This document shows positions 12,501 through 24,289 of a stretch of 64,000 bases of DNA, piece after piece. The stretch covers positions 65,100,001 through 65,164,000 of the forward strand of contig OZ287749.1 of NCBI GenBank assembly GCA_965649765.1, in the 5' to 3' direction. The notes beneath the pieces were generated by a model that saw only the letters and a program-made list of their open reading frames with translations, ran no database searches and was not told where the DNA came from. The stretch is from Bispira polyomma. Its lineage: Eukaryota. Each line of letters opens with the position of its first letter. Position 1 is the first letter of the stretch. Both the position numbers and the translations under genes were made by a program.

Positions 12501-15500
12501 TAAACCCGGCGACTTTAAACCAATTTTAGATAGTTAAGCGAAAATCAATATTATAATAATAATAATAATAGAAACATTTTTATAGCGTTATAGCGCAAAA
12601 TTGATAAAAATCCTGTAATGAGCTGAATTAAAAAAAACATTGTCCATTATCAAGCAAAGGTTGTTACCAATTAAGCACCAACCAGGGAGTAACTAAGGTG
12701 GGGGATATGCCAGTCTGAACAAGTAAGGCTGGCTTCGAAAACCTGATATTGTCTGCTGTGATCTGACATTTTGTGGCAACCTGTTCCATTCTGCCGGTGC
12801 AGCGACAGCAAAGCTGCGCCTTCCAATTTGCCGTTTAGGGCGACGTGAAATCGAAAGTCTATTTCCACGAGTTAGGTTGCTGGACTTAATTAAAGAGGAT
12901 AGGTAGGGAGGTTGGGAATAGTTAACAGTCTTGAAAACCAGCAGGTTGTACTTGAAAAGGATACAATGTTCAATGGGAAGCAGTTGACTATTTAAAAGGT
13001 AGGGGGTGACATGACTAAATCTGTCAAGCCTGTAGACAATGTGACAGAGAGCATTTTGGACTGTCTGAAGTTTGACAATATTAGCCTTACTGACCCCATA
13101 TTGTAAAGACTTTCAGTAGTCCAAGCGACTACTGCCCATAGCATTTGCCACCAGAACTGCAGTATCAACGCTTAAAAATCTACGAATTCGTCGCAAGCCG
13201 CGTAGATGATAGTAACAGGCATGGCAAACCTTGGCAATATGATTGTTAAAAGAGTTGTCCATGTCGAAGATGACACCCAGGTTTTTTACCTCCACTGACG
13301 GAGTGATATTGTTTTGGAGGAGTGAAATAGGAAAGTTTGGTGTAAGTGACTCTGTGGCTTGTTACCAATAATAATAAACTCTGTTTTATCTGGGTTGAGT
13401 TTTAATTTTGCACAATCCATCCAATCCTGGACTGATTTCAAACAGTCAGTGAGCTCAGCAATACTTGAGTCAATGTTCCGAGAGTCCAGTGCTAGTATAT
13501 TTGCATGTAATCGGCATACAGGTGATGGGTACCATTAAACTTTAAAATGACTTGACTGAGGGGGTAGTGTAGAGGGTAAAAAGCAGAGGACCTAAGACAG
13601 AACCTCGAGGAACACCAAAGGGGAGAAAAAAGATCTCAGAAAAACTGTTACCAATTTTGATTTTTTGTTTTCAATCTAAAAGGTAGGATTTGATCCACAG
13701 TAATATAGTGCCATCAATTTTAAACCAGTCTATCAAACAGGCTTATAAAATGGAGTGATCGATGGTGTCAAAAACTGGAGAGAGGTCCAGTAATGTAAGT
13801 GCCACTGCCTTTCCCGAGTCCACTGATGTAGCAATGTCATTTTGAATCTTAAGTCTCTGTGGAGTGGGAGCTCCTGTACACAGATTGGTTAGCATTTGCA
13901 ATACCTTCTTGGGAGATGAATTCATTTAGCTGTTTAGCCACGACTTTCTCAATAAGTTTTGAAATAAAACTGAGGTTCAACACCAGTCTGTAGTTTTTTA
14001 GAATGTTTCTGTCGGCTGGTTTATGTATATAATATATTTTAGTCTCAAGATAGTTTTTGGTTAATCTTTGAATTATTGGTACACAAATTACATTGAAACA
14101 CTATAAATGAGTCAACTGACAAACATCTATTTCCACCTGAAACAATTTGGAAGGAAAGAAAAAGCCAAATTCCCATTTTACCCCATCCAAAGATGTCATG
14201 CTTTTGCCTATGTCCAGTGCTCTGTTTTCTATACCAAAATTACAGCAAATGCTTTCACTGATTTCGATAAACTGATTTGGCAGAGGCCCAATGGGAAATG
14301 GGCCGGGAGAAAGATTAAACACATTTTGGAGTGGACCTTGGTGGAATGTCAGAGCCAGGAATATTTGTCGCAACTTGGTGAAGGTAGTCACTTAGCTGGG
14401 CTCCCTTCTGGTGAAGTAAGACATCTTTCCAATGATTTCTATGGCTTGTATACTTATTTTTGGTTTTTAAACTTTCAATCCTACCTTAGCTGAAAATAAC
14501 GTATTTGTCCCACTGATGCAAATACAGAGTAATTGATAAGAAGCTATCTCTGACGTCACACATTACTCATATTAGTTATTTTATTTTAAACCTAAAAATA
14601 GAAAGGAAGTCAACCCTGCATACAGTGCTTCCTTCAAAAAACCATTTGGTGTAATTTAGACATGTTAAGCCCCAATCCAGTAAAAATGGACTCTTATTTA
14701 ATATACTTCATCAATCTACTTTCTCCTCATTTTCTGTTCATTATCCAAATTTGAGGACCATTTGATTCTATTCACAAAAAAATCAATGCTAGCTTTTGAG
14801 ATAAAAAACATTGTCACAGAGTGTGGTAAACATGTCAAAGGATCAAATTCCCTTGTGGACAAAGGTTGCTGAACTCTAATGGCCTGATGCTACCTAAGAG
14901 AAGTGTTTAAAGTTAACTAAATACAAATCTATGAACTTAGTGAAGAAAAACGAAGATATTTGAATAAGTTTATAAAAGTTTTTCTTTAGGTCCTGTCAGA
15001 AAGCATATTAAACTTGCAACTGAATTTAGTTGGGTTTTGTATCGCTTTCAACAGCTTTAAGTAACAACACGATAGCCAGATTTAACAGTGGAGAAAACCA
15101 TTGCTGAAGCACTGTAAATCACAGGCCTGCAGCAAGTACATGAGAAACTTTCCCACATGAAGGAACAGACAGGATTCTAACCCACATTACTTAGAGGCCA
15201 GTCATTATGAATCTAATGTCTCTAACCACCAGGCCACTGCATCATAATCACCAGACTCTTACCACTGTGGGTCAGAATCCCAGTTGTTCCTGTACGTAGG
15301 CAAGTTTGTCAGGTACTTTGCCCGTTAACCAGTTGTTTACAGTGTTTCAGCACTTGTTTCTTCCACTGTATATTTATTTTAATGTTAATGTGCTTAATTG
15401 ATGTAAGGCATCTTCTAAAGCACAGCATCTGAATCTCTAAACCAATCACGTGTCTTACAATATAGCCTGGGTCATCATCAGTAAGCAATGGTATGTTCAT

Positions 15501-15890
15501 ATCTGGCCCAAGGATGCTATCGCACCAAGGAACCTAGCAACATCGGCAGGAGTCCAACCGGGGACCTTGTGATCATCAGACCAACCCCCTAAGTACTAAA
15601 ACTACAGGAGGCCACAATATGCCCATCGTGATACGACCTAAGCTGTTAAGAGCCACATAAAACCCAACTAAATTTAAATGAAAAAAAAAGGATTTAGCAC
15701 TTACCTGTTTATAGCACATATTGCAGGCAAACAAGCAGGCATCAATAGGGTTCATGTCTTTGAAGGGTGCATATGGTTTGATGGGTCTGTAGTCTTTGAA
15801 AGATCTTTTGCTGTCTATCACCATAGCTGTACACACCCCCAGGACTGTCAAAGCCAGACACACAACCACACACTGCAACTGTCCTGCCAT
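467..15890 (-). CDS. Secreted cysteine-rich neuropeptide precursor, eclosion hormone-like (98 aa; join 15890-15705, 577-467)
   Basis: Spliced protein MAGQLQCVVVCLALTVLGVCTA-MVIDS-KR-SFKDYRPIKPYAPFKDMNPIDACLFACNMCYKQ|EVLLECANSVCLRALAGGRPLDKLWSSTCPGLMSYF*. Hydrophobic signal peptide, dibasic KR site, six Cys (C-x3-C-x2-C-x8-C-x4-C-x17-C) resembling the EH framework. Phase-0 donor CAG|GTAAGT matches phase-0 acceptor TTTTCTCTCTTTTTAG|GAG. Confidence 0.85.
686..933 (+). mobile_element. Young tRNA-derived SINE (family A, MetaSINE-like body)
   Basis: A box TGGCCTAGTGG, B box GAGTTCGAATCC, (AAATTC)n tail; TSD ACTCAGTATAGG at 674-685 and 934-945. Confidence 0.9.
2321..2567. mobile_element. hAT-like MITE nested in a decayed Tc1/pogo-type MITE (about 2154-2703)
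   Basis: TIRs CAGGGGAGTAGC and GCTACACCCCTG; TTAAAA on both flanks; host has GAGACCAC repeats. Confidence 0.6.
5341..5605 (-). mobile_element. SINE family A copy
   Basis: High identity to 686-933; flanking duplication TCGGCCAGCT at 5322-5331 and 5606-5615. Confidence 0.88.
8578..8763 (-). mobile_element. 5'-truncated SINE family A copy nested in an older SINE (about 8491-8885, +)
   Basis: Identity to the family A 3' part; TSD TCATGTTTG at 8569-8577 and 8764-8772; host SINE head and tail on either side. Confidence 0.82.
12552..14011 (-). mobile_element. L2-clade LINE, 5'-truncated and decayed
   Basis: NYR..NLSFISKLIEKVV, LLDLS..FDTIDHSIL, GVPRGSVLGPLLFTLY, HLYAD, VKNLGVIFD, SRLDY; GCGCTATA plus (TAT)n-type tail. 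Confidence 0.88.
15021..15240 (-). mobile_element. Older relative of SINE family A (further fragments near 6130-6225, 12450-12520, 37950-38100, 41520-41660)
   Basis: Degenerate A/B boxes and the shared GGTTTTCTCCAC...AAATCTGGC...GCTGTTGAAAGCG tail. Confidence 0.65.
15705..15890 (-). CDS. EH-like precursor, coding exon 1 (62 codons; exon begins at 15923 with 5' UTR)
   Basis: ATG at 15890; acceptor TTTTCTTTTCAG ending at 15924; donor GTAAGT at 15704. Confidence 0.9.
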
Positions 15891-15952
15891 TGTCTTTTTG
15901 TCAAGTTGGATGTAGAGATCAATCTGAAAAGAAAATAGAAATAAATCAATAA

Positions 15953-16186
15953 TTTGAATTTGGATATTTAATGTCCACTCTAGTACCTGTTTAGGTTATA
16001 TTGGGACGCTGGAGGAAAGACTGCATACAGTTGATCAAGGTTCTGCACTGAAACCAGCGGCCCACAGTAGGGAACTATCACCTTTCCCACATAGGCATCA
16101 ACGGGATTCGAACTCACACTGACCATAGGTGAGAGACCAGTGATTGTAAAGCGCAATGCTTGCTAACCACTAGGCCACCGCGGCCA
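15953..16186 (-). mobile_element. SINE family A copy in intron 1 of the EH-like gene
   Basis: High identity to family A; 16-bp TSD AGAAATAAATCAATAA at 15937-15952 and 16187-16202. Confidence 0.9.
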
Positions 16187-17625
16187 AGAAATAAATCAAT
16201 AAATAAGGAGATGTGGCAATTGAAGATGCCATATGTTGTTACTTTCGCAAAGGAGGTTATGTTTTTTTACATGTATTGTCCACATAGATAACACTGATTA
16301 TTTGTTCTTTTTAGTTATTTCTTGTTTCTAGTAATTGAAAACTTTATTGTAGTTATTGAAGAGTATATTATCTGCATAAGCATGAAGTTTTAGTCCTAAA
16401 ATAAGGTTAAGATAAATAATACCAAATCACAATTAGGGAAATTACCCCTTTTGGTTTTTCTTGTTTCAAAATACCAATGTGCAACAATAATCTATGTGAA
16501 AACCTATGCAATATTAGACATGCAAATTCAGAGAAATGTGATCCCCTGCTTCCCGTAAAAGAAGAATTTTTGACGCCTTACTTCCTTGATTTCATGGATT
16601 CCTCCGTGGCCTATGCTCTCATCATTTAACAAAATGTAAACCAATGCAATAGTAATCCTGATGAAACAAAAGTTGTCTTTTTAAAAAGTAAAAAGACATT
16701 GGCGCACAGTGTGATTAACACCCCTCAGTTTGGCACCGTAGAAAGCTTCCAACCAATCCAAAAATGCCTTACTTATTATTTCCAACATGGCAGTTGTGCC
16801 GACAATAGCCTGATAATATCAGGGTGAAAACAATATGAAATGAAATAGGACAAGTGTTATAGCGCACTTATACAACACAGGGCTGTTTTAAATGCGCTTC
16901 CCCATGGGCGGCCACTATTGGCGCCGAGGTGCTTGAGGATGATCATTTATCAACATCCCCAGTGATCTTTAACCTGTAACTGTATATATTTTAAGTGGTC
17001 ATCCGAGCCACTAGGCACATCCCAAACGATTGTATCCCACCAAATGAAACTTGCAGCTGGTACCGGAAATAGATCCGGTGACCTTCTGATCATCAGACGA
17101 ACGCCCTAACCACTAGAGTACGGGGATAAAACCCCAAAACCTCTTTCGCCTAAACTCTTTGTCTGCATGGTATCGATTACAGTTCTCTATAAACATTACA
17201 ACCAACCAACGATACTATTAGACGAACACTTATACTTATATAACTATAAGTTTGATTGTTGTGGATACATATTTAAAAGTGCTCAAATAATATTATTGAA
17301 AGTATATCACATTAAGCAGCATAGTAGCAGCACAGTAATTTTTTAACTTTCAATCTGTCAAATATTTAACTTTCAAATATTTGCCAGTCATTGCCTTTAA
17401 GTTTACCTAAATAAGACTATTGAAGTCTTCTTGCCTTGCAAATCCTTTTATCTTATCTTACTATAACAAAAGCGATATTCACAAATATTCTTAGAATTTT
17501 TAAGGTTTAGCCAATCAAATTGCATGAACAAATAATTTTAACCAATCAAATTTGTTGAAATAAAAGTCTAAGAACAAGAATCTTTGTGAATACCATTCTT
17601 TATGCAACCCTTGGCAAGGCCTTAC

Positions 17626-17698
17626 CTTTGTACTTCACACGCTGTTGTATGTCACAGAACTAATGGTATGTTGGTTAGAAACCTATGGCATTTATATA
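17626..17698 (-). promoter_or_regulatory. Probable TATA promoter and short non-coding first exon of the EH-like gene
   Basis: Minus strand TATATAAATG (17698-17689, fits TATAWAWR), Inr-like CCATTAGTTC 30-39 nt downstream, then donor AAG|GTAAGG at 17625. The coding exon has an acceptor, so an upstream exon is required. Confidence 0.55.
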
Positions 17699-18359
17699 GT
17701 ATAGGTGATGTGGCTTTATTTTTTTTAAATGTAAACATGTGTATTAAATTACAACTGTAATCAAAGAATTAAGGCATTTCTTAATTAAAAAGTGAAAGTT
17801 GTTAATTTGTGGCGTTTTTTTTTTCCTCTTCTAGAGAGACATGTGACACTCCTGCCCACGTATAGTCATTTATACCAAAGGAAATCAGTTATTTTTTTGA
17901 TAACTTAACAAATAAGAAGCATTACTACCACAACCTAGTTTTACCTCTTTCCAAAATGTTTGAATATTCTCATTTGGGTCTTAATGGCCAAAAACACCAC
18001 CATACTGAGTTACAGTAATGGATGTTTATTAATTAACTAGTGACATCTTATGACCCCCTAAATAATAACCCTCTAATGGTCTTGTCATGGTATTCCTTAA
18101 TAACAGGATTTGTATTTCTGGCATTAATATCAAGACTGATATAATTATTTTTATATATTTACTTGCTTAATGTTTCTAATAACAGTTTTTCAGTGAGTCG
18201 AGTTACAAATCATACTTTTAAATAAAATATATACATCTTTTTGATTATAGTTAGATCTGTTTATTTTTTAAAGTAAAAAAATTATTATGTGTATAGTTTT
18301 GACTCCCCAATCCAAGGAGGCATTCGTCTAATGTTTCTTTTCATTAAATTTTTTTAATT

Positions 18360-19045
18360 CTAAAAATGGCTCTGCCATCTTTAAAAAGGGTGCTGCCAAG
18401 TGCTGAAATAATATGTAAGGCCATCTTGGATTGGTTGAAAGCAACTAACTGGGTCAAACTGAGGGGTGCTATATTAATATTTGCAGGGGTTCCAAGCGGG
18501 CCTAAGTATATACTAGTTATATCAACCTCAGTGTATTCCATACTGTGCACCTATGTCTTTTTAAAAAGACAACTCTTGTTACTAATGTATCCATTTCTTG
18601 TTTGTTTTTTTTTTTACTGAAGGGACCAAGCTGAACCACTAGCTTCCAAAACTGACACTTCCAAAAACTGCCCAAAAGACTTACACTAAAAGCTGTTTAC
18701 CATTGGCCAGGGATTTGGTTTCCTTGATTAAGTTTTGTGTTCTTTTGGGTTTTATACCACTTTCAACATCCGTGGTGGCCAGATTTTTATCAGGTCCAGC
18801 CTGAGGTTGATTTTGTTTTGAAATGGGTGCGGCCATGTTGGAAATATGTAATGCCTTCATGGATTGGTTAGAAGCAATCAATCTGACAAAACTAAGAGGT
18901 GTCAGATTTATATTATCAGGCAATATTAGTCACAGCCGCCATGTTGGAATTAATATGTAAGGCCTTAATGGATTGGCTGGAAGCAATAGACCTGGCCAAA
19001 CTGAGGGGTGTCAGTCACACCGTGCATCGATGTCTTTTAACAAGT
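18360..19045 (+). repeat. Dispersed and tandem module GGATTGGTTGAAAGCAA...AAACTGAGGGGTGT (three units here; inverted copies at about 16700-16830 and 44150-44450)
   Basis: Units align by eye at about 18405-18480, 18830-18925 and 18935-19045. Confidence 0.7.
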
Positions 19046-22000
19046 CAACATTTGTTTGGCTAGTACCTGGCAAACTTTATCACATGAAGGAATCAATGGA
19101 ATGTAATCAAATAACTAAAACTACCAGGTATTACCTGTACCAGAATATTAAACCAAACTGTTGTCACCTGTCCCAAAAGCGAGTGTGATAACCACCAGTC
19201 AGCCCTGACACAGAATCAAATTCATTGATAAAATATAATACATTTGCATTGCACAATGAAAAAATTACTTAAAATATTGTCTTAATTTTATTCCACTATT
19301 GCAGCATTTATGTAACACCTTTTTGATGTATCATCCGCTAAGGCATTCATTCATTAAAAGGAAGAGTCCTGCAACATATACACTGGGTTGTCATCAGTAG
19401 GCAATGGTGTGTTCAGATATTGCCCACAGATGTTATCTCCCAAAAAACTTTGCAGGAGTCAAACCAATGACCTTCCGATCAGCACACCAAGTCCCACAAC
19501 CGAAAGTCGAACTGCTGACTGTCTGATCAATAGACCAACTTTCTAACCATTTAGGCCACTGGAGGCCAGATATAAAAACAACACGGCCTAAATGAAATCA
19601 TATTTTTTGTTTAAAATTAAACTTGATTCGTATTTGTATGAAATTTCAAACATATAACTACCTGCATATAAGACATAGTTCTTTGTGGTGCATGATGGAT
19701 ATGAATCAAATCGTGTTCATTAATAACAAAATGAAATATTTTTATGAATATGTGACCCTTGAGTAATTAGAATTGACATAGCAGGGGAGACTTTGAGAAA
19801 ACTAAACTATTTGCAACGACAGCTTTTAATAGCCAATAAACAAAGGCTGTACACGTCACATGTCAATCTAGTCTTTTTCTAATAAAACTGTTGCTGCAAT
19901 TAAACTTTTAACAATAACCAGCTATTTAAGAAATTGTGTTTTTGTAGGTTTAAAGTTACTAACAATGTCAGGGTTGGGTAATAAAGAGATCATTTAGTTA
20001 CAGTTCTTTTTAGGGAGATTTCCATAAGATCTTTTAACCCAGTTTGTTTCAGATTTTAGAACACAGTTCTATATGTTGTTCAAAATGTAACTCTTTTTGG
20101 TGAATTTCCATAACATCTGTCAACACAGTTTGTTTCAGTGGTTAATGCCAATATATGGTCCACTGCTATTAAAACAAGGAATTAGTTATTCCCAGACTCA
20201 GAACATAGTTCCATGTTGTTTAATATAGGTACTCGTTTTGTGAATTACTGGTCATTTGCTGGTTGCCTTGTACATTAGGAGATATGCTAGCTATGAATAT
20301 CTGGTCCTATAATTAGTAAACAATGGAATTTAAAAAAACAATGCTGAGGTTCTGGACCTAATGAGAGAATTTAGCAAGGGTTATAGTTTTAAGTGCATAG
20401 ACATTCGAGCAATAACATACACATTTCTCAGTAAGCTTTTTGCTAATGTAAGTATCAAAATTAATGCCAGGCTTACAATTAAAAAGAAAACATATCAGCC
20501 GATAATTTTCTTGTATGCAAAATCTTTTCAATACAGATGGTTATAATTTTTTAAGGAGCGTTCATTTTTAAAAAAATTGACATTTTTTTATACTTTAACT
20601 AGGTTGCTAGTTGTAATATCCAGGAAGTGGTTTTGAAAAAACACATCATCAGATTGGATAACCTGATTATTCCATACTGGCTTTGTTAGTGAAAGCAAAC
20701 CCCTGACTTAGGTCGCTTTGACTGTCTTAAATATCATTGCTAGTAATTTCATTATTGTTATATCTTATAGGAGAATCCATATCGAATTGGCAATAATGTG
20801 ATCAAGGAAAAATTCAATTTAAAACAAAACAAAACAGTTTCTAGTATTAAATAGAATGTTAAAGCCTAAAGCTGTCTCTTCAGGGAGTGTAGTTTACCAC
20901 CACAGGTTTTGGGTTACAAATTAGTAAATGGTTAACTATTTTTTATTTAAAACTTCATTTGCCATGGATTTTAATTTACTTTTTGATACACGAGAGGTAC
21001 TTCTTAAATATGTTTAAGAAGTCCCCCACTCTCTTTCTATGTTATTATTATTATTTCATTTATTGTTACCAGGTTATAACATGTATACAATATTTATATA
21101 AAAAGACTTCCAACAAAGTGGCGTTCATTGAACCAGCAGGCCAGTTTTGACCTACGAGACATTTAGGATATAGTCCTTGCAAATTCAGATTTAAAAGTTA
21201 ACCTATGATATTTTATACTAACAAGTTAGAGTGGATGAAGGACAAACTACTTTACTTTTCATATTTCGATGATTGCCTCACATTCCTAGAGTTCACAATA
21301 TATCGCCCAAAGCCTTTAATTATGCCAGTATGTGTCATTAAAAAAAATATAGTTATCTTTTGGACAGACATATTATGAATGCTAACTATAAGAGGCTTTG
21401 TTCTCTTACCCAACAGAATATTCAGCCATAACAAGAAACCCAAAACTAGCCCCAAACCTTACACTTCTGTGTTTACTTTGTTGTTGTACATTTGTTTGTT
21501 TCCAAGAGGCCACGTCTATTTATATCTCCTTAGTAGTTGCTCTATCATCTTATTGACAGTAACCATATAGCATGAGATATGTGCATTAAGGGTATCTTGT
21601 TTTTATCCCAGCCACTCTGTGCTGTACCACCATTTCCGGTCAGAAATGTAGTGGTTAGTAGTGGTCAATGGCAGAGTCATCTGATCTGACTCATAAAAGC
21701 CTAAAACCTCGGATTCATCTTCCCTTCTCATTTCTGCCAGTTTTAATGCATGCCTCTTGCCACGAGACACGTCACTTCCTGTCCTGAACGGAAGTGAGAA
21801 GATCGTGGCATAAACAATCAATAAAAGTGTTTGTGGGGGAGGAAGGAAGGGGGCTGGATGAGTTTGTGTGTCACAAAGACCTGCATCGTCTTACACATAT
21901 CCTGGGTCATTCAAGGAGACACAACTGCAATTATCTTAATAAATTAATGAGTTTCTGGTTTCCAAATCCAACAGCTTAATGATTGACTTGTTATAAAGAC

Positions 22001-23237
22001 TGTGACAATGATAATTTGATGAGACATATGATATTAGCGGCATAGAGTCTTGGCGATAATGAGGTTAGACAATATGGTCATACATAATTGACCAGTTGAA
22101 TAGGTAAACTAAAATCATACTTGTAAATTTCAGCAGCAATTCTCTACACTTTATCTGTTACCTGAGCTGGACAGGTGTGAAAACACATGTAAATAATCTT
22201 TGTATATTTTAATTTTAGAATCACCTGAATTTAAATGTATGTCATTGGTATTATCTTTCTGTCCACTTCAATTTAATCTGTCAAAAATATGAGACGTATA
22301 AATATGATCTAACCAATTTAGACAAAATATTCAAAGTCCAAACATTGTCAATGACTTCAGTGTTTTAAAACCTGTACATAATAAGTATTAATAGTTGTTC
22401 CTCAAAGTTTTTTAAGATATTGATTATTGCTTTTTTTCAACTTTTTAATAACTATCGACACAGGTTGATCATTTATATTATATAATCTTCATAAGTTAAG
22501 ATGACACTGTGTGTATTTTAGTATTTTCGCCTGTTTTTAAAGTCCATATTTTGGTTGTCAAACTGACTATATAGACATTTTATTTATGTGACAATATATC
22601 AGATTTGGTTTTCAAGAAACCCCCAACCCTCACGACTTATTTGTTACAATATTATATAAGAAGTAACATTTTACAGCATTGGTGGCTTTTAACCTTCAAA
22701 TGATCAGCAAACATCCAACCATCTATATGCAACTGTTTTACGTCAAAATGTTAAAAACTTGAAACTCTTATTACAACTGCCATTTATTATACTTAAGCGG
22801 CCGTATTTTGGAAAAATACCCTCAAGCTCAAACTTAGAGTCAACTTCGATTTTTTGCTCAGTTGCTATGGTGACACACTCAGAGATAAGATTAAATCTCA
22901 ACTTAGCCTGTATTCTCCAATATTTTGAGCTGAGATTTTTGTTAAACTCAAACTCAAAGTTGAGCAAGGCTGTACCTGACTCAACTGTATTAAGAATTTT
23001 ACTCGAATGAAATTAAATAAAAGTGATTGTGTGACGACATGTCCAACAGAACAGTAAGTTTAATTGGCCTGTTTGTTGTGGTGGAGTTGTGCCAACATTT
23101 CTAGACTTGCGTCTGAGCTGAGAAAAAAATTTTCAGCTGAGCTTGAGTAAAAATGCGTTCCAGAATATCAAATTGAGAAAAAAACTTAACTGAGCCTAAA
23201 TCTCAGATTTCAGCTTGACTTTGAGAGAACAGCCGAA

Positions 23238-23645
23238 GGTTTGGATATGTGTGTATGTGTCTTGCTACATGTATGTGTGTGTTTAGTTATTTGTATGTAT
23301 GTGTCTGGCTACATGCATGTGTGTGTTTGGATATTGTATGTATGTGTTGGGCTACGTGTATGTGTGTGTTTGGGTAAATGTATGTGTATGGCTACATGTA
23401 TGTGTGTGTGGCTACCTGTATGTGTGTGTTTGGCTACTTGTATGTATATGTTTGGCTACATGTATGTATGTGTCTGGTTACATGTATTGTGTATTTGGCT
23501 ACTTGTATATGTGTGTTTGGCTACCTGTATGTATGTGTTTGGCTACATGTTTGTGGGTGTTTGGCTACATGTATGTGTGTGTTTGGCTACCTGAATGTGT
23601 GTGTTTGGCTACATGCATGTGCATGTGTATGAGTGAGTGTGTGGC
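23238..23645 (+). repeat. Minisatellite, 20-bp unit TGTGTGTTTGGCTACATGTA, about 20 degenerate copies
   Basis: Direct periodicity. Confidence 0.95.
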
Positions 23646-24289
23646 TGATGATGGGTGGCATTTAATGCCCTCAGTAAGTGGACACTAGGGACAATACTAG
23701 AATGTCTAATTAGATCCCATTATAGCCCAACAACCACCGCCTTCTCGAGGGTCCAAGAAAATGGACTCTCCTATTTCTTCCTGTGTACAATAATGTAGGA
23801 TAAATAATTAACAGTGACAGGCGGATAAAGTGAAATCAAAAAGGAAATCCATTGATGCAGTTTGACCATTGGTCTTGACAATGTTTTCTTTTATTGACTG
23901 TATCATCTGTAATTTTAACCCTCAATTTTATTTTATTTTTTGTTAAACTAGCGAGCTTTAAGAAGTGACAATTGGGAGATTCGTTGAACATGTGAAATGT
24001 GTTATTAATTGTTAAACCCAGATTCACCAACAGTGCACACATATGCACTGCAATTGCAAATTATGGTTAAGTAGTAATAGAATTTATTTTTAGAGATTCT
24101 TTAGTCAAAGGCAAGACTATATGGTGAAAGATATATTGTGCTGAAAGATGTATATGAATAGACCAAACCCACAGTGAAAGATTTTTTGGGATACTCATGT
24201 TTGTAAACTGATTAAAATTAACATAAATAGATTAAAGCTCTAATACATTCTACAAAGATCATAATGCCCTGTTTCTACACATCATATTA

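Noticed and set aside
14101-14493. Overlapping 128-aa (+) and 96-aa (-) ORFs
   Set aside because: No recognisable motif and no consistent splice partners; treated as non-coding, although a decayed TE cannot be excluded.
15576-15704. C-terminal 42 aa of the 104-aa ORF 15576-15890
   Set aside because: Read-through past a consensus GTAAGT donor into intronic SINE remnants.
23241-23688. Three Cys/Val-rich ORFs, and a superficial CRISPR-like periodicity
   Set aside because: Translation of a 20-bp minisatellite; no unique spacers and a eukaryotic context.
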